A stretch of 56,042 nucleotides of DNA from Chlamydiales bacterium (GCA_035479435.1 DATIIR010000058.1:1-56042); one strand, 5' to 3'. Numbered from the stretch's first letter, positions 27,528-36,128 are shown. Notes: generated from the sequence alone by a model not told the origin. Numbers and translations are program-made.

Positions 27528-29015
27528 CTATTTTTGTAAAGCGAGTTCGGGCTTGGTCAGGGCGTCGAACTGTTTGCCTAGAGAGAGTACGGAGAAGATC
27601 CAGACCAGGACGACGATGAGGAAGATCACGGCCACGTAGGGCGTGCTGGCGGCGACGGAGGAGAAAACGAGGAGAAGGCTTTGGTGGATCATCGATCCCC
27701 CCGATTTGCCGAGACGGGAGCCGACGCCATCGATGGCGGCTTTCCCTTTGAGTTTGCACTCGTCGCTCAGCGGGATGAAGGCGATCTCCTTGGTCGCGTC
27801 AAAAATGGTGTATTTGGAGGCTCTGCTGAAGCAATTCTGGAGTCCCCCGAGGGCGACGCTCAGCACCAAGGGGGTCGATCCGAGGGCGATGGCAAACCAG
27901 GAGAGGCCTGAATCGGGGAAGAGGACGTAGGCGAAGAAACAGACCCCCGTGGCCAAGGTAACAACAGGGGCGATTAAGGCCGAGAAGGTCCACGAAAATC
28001 TCCGAATGGTAAAGACGGTGGCCAGGGCTGCGACCGTGGCGATGATCCCCATCAGAGTCATCACTTCGCCCATGTAGATATTGTAGTCGCTCGGATTCGG
28101 GTAGAGTTCTTTGATCTGATTTTTCCAAACGACTTCGATCAAGTTAATGACCAGGTTATAGGAGAGGACGATGAGGGCGATGCAGAGTAAATATTTTGAT
28201 TTCAGTAGGTAGGCAAAATTCTTCCGCATCGACATTTTGATCTTTTCGGGGGGCTCTCTGAATTGTTCCTCTTTGCGGATCACATGTCGGTTGAGCCAGC
28301 GGAAAATAGCGATGGTGGCCACCCCAGATGCAATGATGAGGCAGTTGAGGAAGAGGATCGACTGATCCCAGCTGCATTTTCCATAAGGGATGAAGGTGAG
28401 ATAACGGGTGTCGGACAAGAAGACCGATGCCTGCCCGGAGAAAATCCCGGCGATATTGGCCCCGATCATCAGGAGTCCATAATACCGTTTTGCCTCATCT
28501 ACCTTCATGATCGCGTTGGCAAAGCCCCAGAAGAGGACCGAGAGGATGGCCGTCCCCCACAGCTCCGACATCACGTAGAACAAGGTAAACGTCCAATTGC
28601 GGAACATGGCAATTAAACCTTTGAATCCAGCCGGGAGAATCGCCTGCAGGTGGTCGGCCCATTTCGTCGGATGGAGGTACTCTTGGGCGGGGAAAAGGAC
28701 GAAGGTGAAGACCAAAAAGAAGCCGAGAAAGATGCACATCATTGCGTAAAAAACTTTTTCACGCGTGTAGCGGTTGGCTAGGCGGGTAAAGAGGTAGGTG
28801 AGCAAAAAGGCCCCAGGCAATATAGCCCAAACTTTAATGAACGGGATCGCCTCGGCCCCCGATTCGGGCGCTGTCACCACCAGGGTGTCTTTACAAGCTC
28901 GTAATGCATTGTAACTAAATGAGATAAGAAAAAACATGAAGAACATGGGAAGGAACTTTTTCAATTCCGAGCGGTGGATGGGCCAGAGGAGGGAACGCCA
29001 TTTTCCGAATTCCAT
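27528..29015 (-). CDS. NTT/Tlc-family nucleotide transporter (ADP/ATP translocase family)
   Basis: 12-TM protein. The N-terminus WPIHRSELKKFLPMFFMFFLISFSYNALRACKDTLVVT is characteristic of chlamydial/rickettsial NTTs. Confidence 0.92.
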   Translation of the reverse strand: MEFGKWRSLLWPIHRSELKKFLPMFFMFFLISFSYNALRACKDTLVVTAPESGAEAIPFIKVWAILPGAFLLTYLFTRLANRYTREKVFYAMMCIFLGFFLVFTFVLFPAQEYLHPTKWADHLQAILPAGFKGLIAMFRNWTFTLFYVMSELWGTAILSVLFWGFANAIMKVDEAKRYYGLLMIGANIAGIFSGQASVFLSDTRYLTFIPYGKCSWDQSILFLNCLIIASGVATIAIFRWLNRHVIRKEEQFREPPEKIKMSMRKNFAYLLKSKYLLCIALIVLSYNLVINLIEVVWKNQIKELYPNPSDYNIYMGEVMTLMGIIATVAALATVFTIRRFSWTFSALIAPVVTLATGVCFFAYVLFPDSGLSWFAIALGSTPLVLSVALGGLQNCFSRASKYTIFDATKEIAFIPLSDECKLKGKAAIDGVGSRLGKSGGSMIHQSLLLVFSSVAASTPYVAVIFLIVVLVWIFSVLSLGKQFDALTKPELALQK

Positions 29016-29112
29016 GAACTAGAAAACCCCGTTTTTTACACCAATTATCATGGCATATTTCGTCATTAAACTGAATGATAACAAGAATTTAATGATTTAT
29101 TTGATAGGGCGA

Positions 29113-29868
29113 TCAAAAAGAACGAGGGGTCTCACCACTTTTACCCCCTAAGAGGTTGCGGCGCATTAAGCTTGCTTTTACAACCTTGAGATAATCCGTT
29201 TTGTTCGAGAGGCTTGGCTGATGTCCCATATTGCTAGTATGAATCCGTCTGTGCATGGCGATTTTGTCGATCGTTTTCACTGGAACTTTTAGTTCCACTC
29301 CGCGCAAATACCAATCGACAAATTCTGCCCCTGCTTTTTCTTCAACAAAAGGGCCTATTTGTCTCAGCCGTTTTTTGCTGATGAGTAATGTGCCAGCACT
29401 GATCCCAGGTAAAATGGCGTTGGGGATAGAGAGTTTTTTTTTCTCCTCTTCGGAAAGAGTGGGACAAAAAAATTGTCTAGCATAGGTAAAAATGAGGGGA
29501 TCCTCGTCGAGAAACTGGATCATCTCCCTCATTTGGGTGGTCAGTTTATCTTTTTCCCATAGGTCATCGTGATCGAGAAAGGAGAAGTAGTTGCCTGTTG
29601 CCATGCGGATTCCGCTATTGCGAGCGGCCCCTAATCCCTTATTCTCTTGAGTCATACTTCTCACGAGATTTTTAAATGAGGCAATGACCTCTTTTGTCCG
29701 GTCGGTAGAGCCGTCGTTAACGACAATGACTTCTTTGTTCTCATAATCTTGAGCCAAAACACTTTCGATCGCTTCAGCTAGATAGTTTTCGCCGTTCCAG
29801 GCCGGGATGATCACGCTGATTTTTTCACTCATCTGATTTCCTGGCGACAAGGAAAACCGAAGATCCAA
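29113..29868 (-). CDS. Family 2 glycosyltransferase
   Basis: ISVIIPAWNGENYL...VIVVNDGSTDRT and DHDD motifs. The likely start is MSEKIS at 29832. Confidence 0.85.
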   Translation of the reverse strand: MDLRFSLSPGNQMSEKISVIIPAWNGENYLAEAIESVLAQDYENKEVIVVNDGSTDRTKEVIASFKNLVRSMTQENKGLGAARNSGIRMATGNYFSFLDHDDLWEKDKLTTQMREMIQFLDEDPLIFTYARQFFCPTLSEEEKKKLSIPNAILPGISAGTLLISKKRLRQIGPFVEEKAGAEFVDWYLRGVELKVPVKTIDKIAMHRRIHTSNMGHQPSLSNKTDYLKVVKASLMRRNLLGGKSGETPRSF

Positions 29869-31222
29869 AAGGGAGTCGATAGCCCCTCTTGAGGAGCGCG
29901 TCTTCCCCTCTCTGCAAGGCGAGAAAGAGCCAATTAAACGGGGGGATTTTCAAATCGGTTTTGAACAAGTGGGAGAGTCGAACTATGGCGATGAGTGGAA
30001 AGAGAAGGCAAACGCGATAGGAAGCTTGAGTGATTTCAAAGCCGCAGGAGGTGAGCAGCAGGGTGCACTCCCTTTTGCTAAACCGTTTTTTCATTTCGCA
30101 ATTGCGGTCATGCCGAGACCTCATCCAATTGTACGCAGGTTGATTGAAAATCACCGAGCCACCTGGCTTAAGAATTCGTTTAAGTTCTTGAATTGCAGGA
30201 ACGATCTCCTCCTTTTCTAACATACATAGCACATCGATCGCAAGGGCGAGGTCAAAGGAGTTATTGGAAAAAGCGATCTGGGTCATAGAGCCTTGCTGTA
30301 CGTTTTGCACCCCCCGTTTACGACAGTGCTCCAAGGCAATGGAAGAGATGTCGACGCCCTGAACGGCATAGTGCTTCTCTTGGAGGAATTGCATGAGACA
30401 ACCAGTCCCGCACCCCACATCGCAGATCGATGAGGGGAGGATCTTTTCTATCTCTGCGAGAATGCGCTCTCTCAAAGCGACGTACCACCAGAGTTTTTCT
30501 TCGACATGCCTCATCGCTTGAAATGGGGTAGTGGCAGAAGAACTCCTATTTTTCACAAACAATTTCAAATCGCCCGACAGCTTCTCGAAAATGAGCCCCA
30601 AAAAAGTATAGTTTGAATTTCCGTAAACGCGCGGGTAATGCCGAACGGGGACTTCGGAAAACTTGGCCCCTGCCGATTGCAGCTTGGAGATGAGTTCGGG
30701 CAAGATGGAGGCCCCCTTGCTGATGAACTGGGTATCTTGCAAATACCTCTTTCGAATCAGACGAAAATCGCAATCGATATCTCGGATAGGCAATCTAAAA
30801 AGAAGACGGCTAAAAATCTGGTAGGCATTCCCAAACAATACGCGGTGCCACGGATCGGATCTCTCGACTTTATAGCCATTGACGACATCGCACCCATCCG
30901 CCTGCAGCGCGAGTTTGAAGAGGTCGTCTAAATGATATTGCCCATCGCCGTCTGTGTAGAAGACCCACTCTTTTGTAGCTGCTTCAAATCCATGGCGGAT
31001 CACGGCATATCCCTCCCGATTTGCCGAGTGGTCGAGGACCACTAAATCGGGGTATTTCCCCTTCGCGATCAAAATCTCTGCAAAGGTATTGTCTTTTGAG
31101 GCTCCACCGTGAATGGCGATCACCTCCAAGTTTTCGGTGATTTGTTTTCCCACAGAGTAGGCCTGAGAGATCAGCGATCCCACGGTCCCAGCATCGTTCA
31201 TGAAAGGAAAAAAAATGGTCAA
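29825..31222 (-). CDS. Fusion protein: GT2-like glycosyltransferase domain plus class I SAM-dependent methyltransferase domain
   Basis: N-terminal half: IFFPFMND...YTDGDGQY. C-terminal half: ICDVGCGTGCLMQFL...LKPGGSVIF. Confidence 0.8.
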   Translation of the reverse strand: MTIFFPFMNDAGTVGSLISQAYSVGKQITENLEVIAIHGGASKDNTFAEILIAKGKYPDLVVLDHSANREGYAVIRHGFEAATKEWVFYTDGDGQYHLDDLFKLALQADGCDVVNGYKVERSDPWHRVLFGNAYQIFSRLLFRLPIRDIDCDFRLIRKRYLQDTQFISKGASILPELISKLQSAGAKFSEVPVRHYPRVYGNSNYTFLGLIFEKLSGDLKLFVKNRSSSATTPFQAMRHVEEKLWWYVALRERILAEIEKILPSSICDVGCGTGCLMQFLQEKHYAVQGVDISSIALEHCRKRGVQNVQQGSMTQIAFSNNSFDLALAIDVLCMLEKEEIVPAIQELKRILKPGGSVIFNQPAYNWMRSRHDRNCEMKKRFSKRECTLLLTSCGFEITQASYRVCLLFPLIAIVRLSHLFKTDLKIPPFNWLFLALQRGEDALLKRGYRLPFGSSVFLVARKSDE

Positions 31223-32319
31223 AGAGGAGAGCAGATACGCCCCTTTGTGGTTTCAATGACTCGAAGGATCTCCTCCTCCGAATGCATGAAGGAGCAAGGG
31301 AGGCTCAGGATCGTTCGATGGATCTCTTCGGATAGGGGGAAAAGCTCCTCTTGCAGTTTGCCTTGCAGCGCCTTTTGCTTGTGGGGAGGGATGGGGTAAT
31401 GGATCATCGTCTCGATCTGATTCTCCTGCAAATAGCTCTTCCATCCATCCCGGTCAGGATGGCGAATGGCGAAAATATGCCAAACATCTTCATACCCATT
31501 TTCCACAACTGGCAAAATCAAATCAGAAGGGAGATAGCGCAAGTAGAGAGCTGCCAGCTTCGCCTTATGGCGATTGATCTCATCTAGGCGTTTCAGCTTG
31601 ATCCTTAAAAAAGCGGCCTGCAGCTCATCCAATCGGTGGTTATACCCCACGATCTCATGGTGATTTTTCCCTTTGCTGCCGTAATTGCGCATCAGACACA
31701 CTTTTTCAAACAGCAGAGGATCATCCGTCGTAATCGCACCTCCATCTCCCAGTGCACCCAAATTTTTGGTGGGATAGAAGCTGAAGGCATTGATGTCTCC
31801 GAAGCTGCCCGCCTTTTTCCCCAAATAGCTCGCCCCATGGGCCTGTGCGCAATCCTCCACGACCTTCAACCCGTTTGCTTTTGCAAATCGCAGGATCGAG
31901 ACCATGGGAGAGAGCTTCCCATAGAGGTGAACCGGAAGGATAGCCACAGTGCGATCCGTCAACTTCGCTTCGAGCCCTTCTACGTCGAGATTGTAAGTGC
32001 TCAGGTTGGGCTCCACCAAGACGGGTACCAGGCCATTGTGTAAAATCGCTAAAAGGGTCGCGATGTAAGTATTGGAGGGGACGAGGACCTCTTTGCCGGG
32101 AGGGAAATCGAGGGCCATCAGAGCCAATCTGAGCGCATCTAGTCCCGAGCTGATGCCGACGCAGAAGCGGGTGCCCACATAGGCTGCAAATTCTTCCTCA
32201 AATTTTGCCGTCTCATCGCCGAGTATAAAGCGCCCTCTAAGGAGGAGGCGATCAAAGGCTCTCCGGAACTCATCTCCAAAGGGGGCGTTTACGCGGGCCA
32301 GATTTTCATACTCAATCAT
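31219..32319 (-). CDS. DegT/DnrJ/EryC1/StrS-family PLP-dependent sugar aminotransferase
   Basis: Family-wide pattern, including SFYPTKNLGALGDGG (the PLP lysine). Start chosen at MIEYENL, which overlaps the upstream stop. Confidence 0.88.
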   Translation of the reverse strand: MIEYENLARVNAPFGDEFRRAFDRLLLRGRFILGDETAKFEEEFAAYVGTRFCVGISSGLDALRLALMALDFPPGKEVLVPSNTYIATLLAILHNGLVPVLVEPNLSTYNLDVEGLEAKLTDRTVAILPVHLYGKLSPMVSILRFAKANGLKVVEDCAQAHGASYLGKKAGSFGDINAFSFYPTKNLGALGDGGAITTDDPLLFEKVCLMRNYGSKGKNHHEIVGYNHRLDELQAAFLRIKLKRLDEINRHKAKLAALYLRYLPSDLILPVVENGYEDVWHIFAIRHPDRDGWKSYLQENQIETMIHYPIPPHKQKALQGKLQEELFPLSEEIHRTILSLPCSFMHSEEEILRVIETTKGRICSPL

Positions 32320-32665
32320 AGATATAATTATCTGGCATGTAGGAGTGGGATGATAAAACCAACAAAATGGAGTTGGGTTCAAATTGGATGCTGTGCCAAT
32401 CGTCGGAATCTAGGACGAGACACAGATCAGGCGTATTGAGCAAGAAGTCTTGATCGTGTCCTTCAACCCTCACATGTACGCGGCACTCTTTGTGCAGACA
32501 GACGAGAGCTTGCTGTCCCACACGATGCTTATGGCCTGCTCTAGGGCGCTGATTCGTATCGTAGATGTAGTAGACTCTTTGAATAGAAAACGGCAAGACC
32601 TTCTCGATCACTGTCAACGCACCCCGTTCGTCTTTAAAAGAGGGAAGTTCCAATAGTTTCGGCAT
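32312..32665 (-). CDS. WxcM/FdtA-like cupin (NDP-6-deoxy-hexulose 3,4-ketoisomerase family)
   Basis: FKDERGALTVIE...RGGHKH-like RAGHKHR... pattern. About 117 aa, located next to the aminotransferase. Confidence 0.65.
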   Translation of the reverse strand: MPKLLELPSFKDERGALTVIEKVLPFSIQRVYYIYDTNQRPRAGHKHRVGQQALVCLHKECRVHVRVEGHDQDFLLNTPDLCLVLDSDDWHSIQFEPNSILLVLSSHSYMPDNYIYD

Positions 32666-32667
32666 AA

Positions 32668-33792
32668 TTACAACGAAAATTTATAGACGTTAACAAATGC
32701 GATGACATACATGGTTCCGAGGATCAAATTGCTGTAGATGTAGAAATTGCGAAACCACTCCTCTTCGTTGGCCAGAGCGATATACAAGGGGATCAACATC
32801 AAAACGTAGCGATAGGCCGCGTAGAAGCGCTCGCTGCCCGTTGATATGAGGAATACCACAATGCAAAAGATCAGTTCATTCAGAGGGATTTTTTTATAGT
32901 TTCGAATCAGGATGGCGGCGAATAGCGACCAGATGTAGAGATGAAACCATTGAAGAGGGGGATTTTTGATCCCCTTCAGGATAAAAACGACCAGCGACTC
33001 CAGAGGATAGGGGTTTGGGTTTCCCCAAGCCGCCTGTACATCGAAAAACGCGAATGCATTTCCCGTTAGCGAGTGGAGATACGCCATGTGAACCAGGGTG
33101 GGTATACCAAACAGGGCGACCATTACTGGTGCGTGGAGTATCTTTCTCCTAATCTGTGGATCGAATAAGAGCGCTCCTAGAGGGATCAAGAGAAGCGCCA
33201 CCAACTGCAGCCGCGTGATGGCCGCAAGACCAGCCATAATGGCGGCTAACCAGTACTTTTTTTCTTTCGTGAAGTGAAACGTACAAGCGAGGAGAAGTAA
33301 GCCGAGGCTTTCTGCGTAAGGGATTGACAGATAGAGACTTCCAGCAGACGCTAAATAGAGAAACAGAAACCGTTTCCTATTTGAAATGCGATCTTTGAAG
33401 GTATTGATGAAGATCCAGAGTGCCGAAAAGGAGGAGGCGCAAGAAATGAGAGAGCCGACGATGGAGAATTTGGTGGTGTGGAACAGCCAAACAAACGCCT
33501 TAATTGTCATGGGGTAGAGGGGTAAGAAGCCCCAACTTCTCTCTTTGAGGGTGTTAAACGGCATTGCATCGTAGCCGTGATGGGCGATTCGCGTATACCA
33601 AGAGACGTCCCATTTTGCCCAAATGGCTGTCATCCATTCGTTCCATGGCAAGTCGAGCTCTTGCTGGAAATGGTTGTAGGCTGCCAGAGAGATCGCAACG
33701 ATGACCAGACGGGAGACCACGAACAGCGAAGTGAGATACACCAGTAACGAGCGAGTCTCTGAAGCAATCTGAGGTTTTGCAATTGAAGCCAT
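32668..33792 (-). CDS. Polytopic GT-C-type membrane glycosyltransferase (PIG-V/DUF2029-like)
   Basis: At least 9 TM segments and a WDVSWYTRIAHHGY motif. Start chosen at MASIAKPQ. The 41 codons upstream in the track ORF cover a repeat fragment. Confidence 0.7.
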   Translation of the reverse strand: MASIAKPQIASETRSLLVYLTSLFVVSRLVIVAISLAAYNHFQQELDLPWNEWMTAIWAKWDVSWYTRIAHHGYDAMPFNTLKERSWGFLPLYPMTIKAFVWLFHTTKFSIVGSLISCASSFSALWIFINTFKDRISNRKRFLFLYLASAGSLYLSIPYAESLGLLLLACTFHFTKEKKYWLAAIMAGLAAITRLQLVALLLIPLGALLFDPQIRRKILHAPVMVALFGIPTLVHMAYLHSLTGNAFAFFDVQAAWGNPNPYPLESLVVFILKGIKNPPLQWFHLYIWSLFAAILIRNYKKIPLNELIFCIVVFLISTGSERFYAAYRYVLMLIPLYIALANEEEWFRNFYIYSNLILGTMYVIAFVNVYKFSL

Positions 33793-33854
33793 TGTAACCA
33801 AAATATTTGGACTTCGAAGGAGCGTAGAGCAGCTATGTAAAATAGTCAAGGGAT

Positions 33855-33888
33855 CGTTGAGACCGTTGCATAACCCTTCAAATGTCTT
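33855..33888 (+). repeat. Solo end of the MITE subfamily (GTTGCATAACCCT...TCTTGGCC)
   Basis: Matches the left end of copy 3 (36011-36044) at about 23 of 28 positions. Confidence 0.55.
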
Positions 33889-34023
33889 GGCCAAATAGAA
33901 GGACAGGATAGGCATGATTGCTGGCGCAGCATGATTTGCATGATATGATATTTTTTATCCTGTTTATCATGCCATTTAGATCATGCATATCCTGTTTTTC
34001 TTTTTATGCAATGATCTCATCGT

Positions 34024-34111
34024 TATTTATCAGATAGGGCGTCGATGCCGGGGAGATGCCCGTATTCGAGAAGTTCGAGTGAGGCGCCGCCGCCTGTCGA
34101 GAGGTGGGCAA
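34024..34111 (-). pseudogene. Displaced duplicate of the pgk 3' end (last 29 codons plus stop)
   Basis: 87 of 88 nt are identical to 34788-34875. It is preceded by its own stop codon (TAA here, TAG in the intact gene). Confidence 0.85.
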
Positions 34112-34206
34112 GAGGTGTGTAAATTTTTCTTATCTTCTCTGTAAGTTCTTTTAGTGATACGATGTTTCCGTTCGTGTGACATAATTCAGTAACGAAGGAG
34201 GCCTTT

Positions 34207-34554
34207 ATGTCTAGTACAAGACTTCAGTTTCCAAGCGCAGATGTAATGACACAATTTTTATCCAATCATGGACTGTTGAATTGCGACTATTATCGAGAAA
34301 ACAACATTACACAAACCGTAGCGAGACTCTCTGCAGAACGATTTGCTGATACCAACAAGCCAGAACGAGGTATTGAAATGGGAATAATGTTAATCGTTAA
34401 CGATCTTAAGACAGGAAAGGACGGTTTTTCTGGAGCAGATCTCCCAAAGATCGAGTTGCCGGAGGCGATGTGGCCCCAGCTTGGTTTGGCTCTTCGAAAG
34501 GCTCTCGTTGAGTGCGCAGAAATTCCAGTAGCAGACAGCAAAAATAAGGTCTAA
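34207..34554 (+). CDS. Hypothetical protein (orphan, 115 aa) inside the pgk-duplication cassette
   Basis: Strong AGGAGG RBS 7 nt upstream. Visibly lower GC than the surroundings. No domain recognised. Confidence 0.55.
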   Translation: MSSTRLQFPSADVMTQFLSNHGLLNCDYYRENNITQTVARLSAERFADTNKPERGIEMGIMLIVNDLKTGKDGFSGADLPKIELPEAMWPQLGLALRKALVECAEIPVADSKNKV

Positions 34555-34575
34555 TGCAGATCTTTTCGGGCTCGC

Positions 34576-34719
34576 GGCCTTGTTGCATAATTCTTCGCTG
34601 TTAGACGGTTCAATAACCACCGAGCACACCGAGATCACCGAGAAGAGGAAAAAGGACCTAAATTTCCCCTCGGTGCTCTCGGTGATCTCGGTGGTTAATT
34701 TGATTTATGCAACAACACC
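34576..34719 (+). mobile_element. MITE-like hairpin element, copy 2, with an 8-bp target-site duplication
   Basis: Terminal inverted repeats (TIRs) GGCCTTGTTGCATAA / GGTGTTGTTGCATAA (13 of 15 match). Flanked by GGGCTCGC at 34568-34575 and again at 34720-34727. Internal arms carry 3x CACCGAG facing 3x CTCGGTG. Confidence 0.88.
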
Positions 34720-34786
34720 GGGCTCGCTGTTTTTTTTGAAGAGGGTGAGTCGTTTGGTTTTTCTCCAAAAGCACTTAGAGGTCTCC

Positions 34787-35956
34787 CTATTTATCAGATA
34801 GGGCGTCGATGCCGGGGAGATGCCCGTATTCGAGAAGTTCGAGTGAGGCGCCGCCGCCTGTGGAGAGGTGGGCAAATCGATCGCCCAGACCCATTTGCTG
34901 AATCGCTGCGACCGAGTCGCCGCCGCCGATGATGGTTTTGGCCTTGGCGTGGGCAAGCGCTTCGGCGATGCCGCGGGTTCCCGTGGCAAAGTGGGCCATT
35001 TCAAAGACTCCGACGGGTCCATTCCAAAAAACAGTGGCGGCTTTCGTTAATTCCTTAGACCACTGGGCAATGGTCTGAGGCCCAATGTCCATCCCTTGCC
35101 AGCCGGTGGGGATGCCCTGATGGATGGGAACGATCCGCCTGGTGGCATCATTGGAAAAGGCGTTGGCGATGACGAGATCGACGGGAAAATGGAGCTTGGT
35201 TTTGGGAAGATCGCGGATGGTATTGGGATCTTCGCAGAGCGAATCGCCGATGGGGATGCCCTGCGCTTTGAGAAATGTGTAGACCATGCCGCCGCCGATG
35301 AAGAGGGCGTCTACGCGTTTGAGCAGGCTTTGGATCACGCCGATTTTACTCGAGATCTTGGCTCCGCCGATGAGGGCAAAGAAGGGGCGCGCGGGATTGT
35401 GGAGGAGGGGACTGAGTTCTTGGAGCTCTTTCTCCATCAGAAAGCCCATGGCGGCTTTGTGGGGGAAGAATTTGGCGATGAGGGCTGTCGATGCATGGGC
35501 GCGGTGGGCGGTGCCGAAGGCGTCATTGACGTAGCAATCGCCCAGTTTCGCGAGCTGCGCGGTAAATGAGGGGTCTTTTTCGGGCGTCTCTTCTCCGGCG
35601 TGAAAGCGAAGGTTTTCCAATAGGAGCACTTGGCCGGGTTGCAGTTGGGTCGCCATTTTTTTTACTTCGGGACCGATGCAATCGGGCGCCATGGCGACTG
35701 GTTTTTTCAGCAGATCCGATAGCTTTTTAGCGCAGGGCGCAAGTGTCAACTGCGGGTCTTTGCCTTTAGGCCGGCCCAGATGGCTCATCAGAATGAGCGA
35801 GGCGCCCTGGTTGAGTACGTATTCAATGGAGGGCAAAGAAGCGACAATGCGCGAATCGTCGGTGATGACTCCGTTTTCGATGGGGACGTTGAAGTCGACG
35901 CGCATGAGAACGCGCTTTCCCTTAAGCGATAGATCTTTCAGGGTGAGTTTAACCAT
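34787..35956 (-). CDS. pgk: Phosphoglycerate kinase
   Basis: RVDFNVP, MSHLGRP and GGGDS motifs. 389 aa. Confidence 0.96.
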   Translation of the reverse strand: MVKLTLKDLSLKGKRVLMRVDFNVPIENGVITDDSRIVASLPSIEYVLNQGASLILMSHLGRPKGKDPQLTLAPCAKKLSDLLKKPVAMAPDCIGPEVKKMATQLQPGQVLLLENLRFHAGEETPEKDPSFTAQLAKLGDCYVNDAFGTAHRAHASTALIAKFFPHKAAMGFLMEKELQELSPLLHNPARPFFALIGGAKISSKIGVIQSLLKRVDALFIGGGMVYTFLKAQGIPIGDSLCEDPNTIRDLPKTKLHFPVDLVIANAFSNDATRRIVPIHQGIPTGWQGMDIGPQTIAQWSKELTKAATVFWNGPVGVFEMAHFATGTRGIAEALAHAKAKTIIGGGDSVAAIQQMGLGDRFAHLSTGGGASLELLEYGHLPGIDALSDK

Positions 35957-36010
35957 ATTTCGATGGTAGGTAAGGGAGGCGATTTAGTCAAGCGAGCCAG
36001 TTATGAGCCG

Positions 36011-36128
36011 GTTGCATAACCCTCAGATATCTTGGCCGGAAGGGTAAAATTAACCACCGAGCACACCGAGAGCACCGAGAAAGGGTAGGAAAATGCGCGT
36101 TTCGCGCCTCGGTGTCTCTCGGTGGTTG
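36011..36128 (+). mobile_element. MITE-like element, copy 3 (diverged and truncated)
   Basis: GTTGCATAA end, then 3x CACCGAG facing 2x CTCGGTG. There is no right TIR and no TSD. Confidence 0.6.

Noticed and set aside
33793-33915. Several track ORFs carry N-terminal extensions. These are the GT-C gene to 33915, the regulator to 6390, engB to 37558, the aminotransferase to 32382, ispF from 48405, ldh from 38656, and murA to 47580.
   Set aside because: The extensions overlap upstream genes or repeat fragments and have non-protein-like sequence. Internal Met codons with an RBS or with stop/start overlap fit the family N-termini better.
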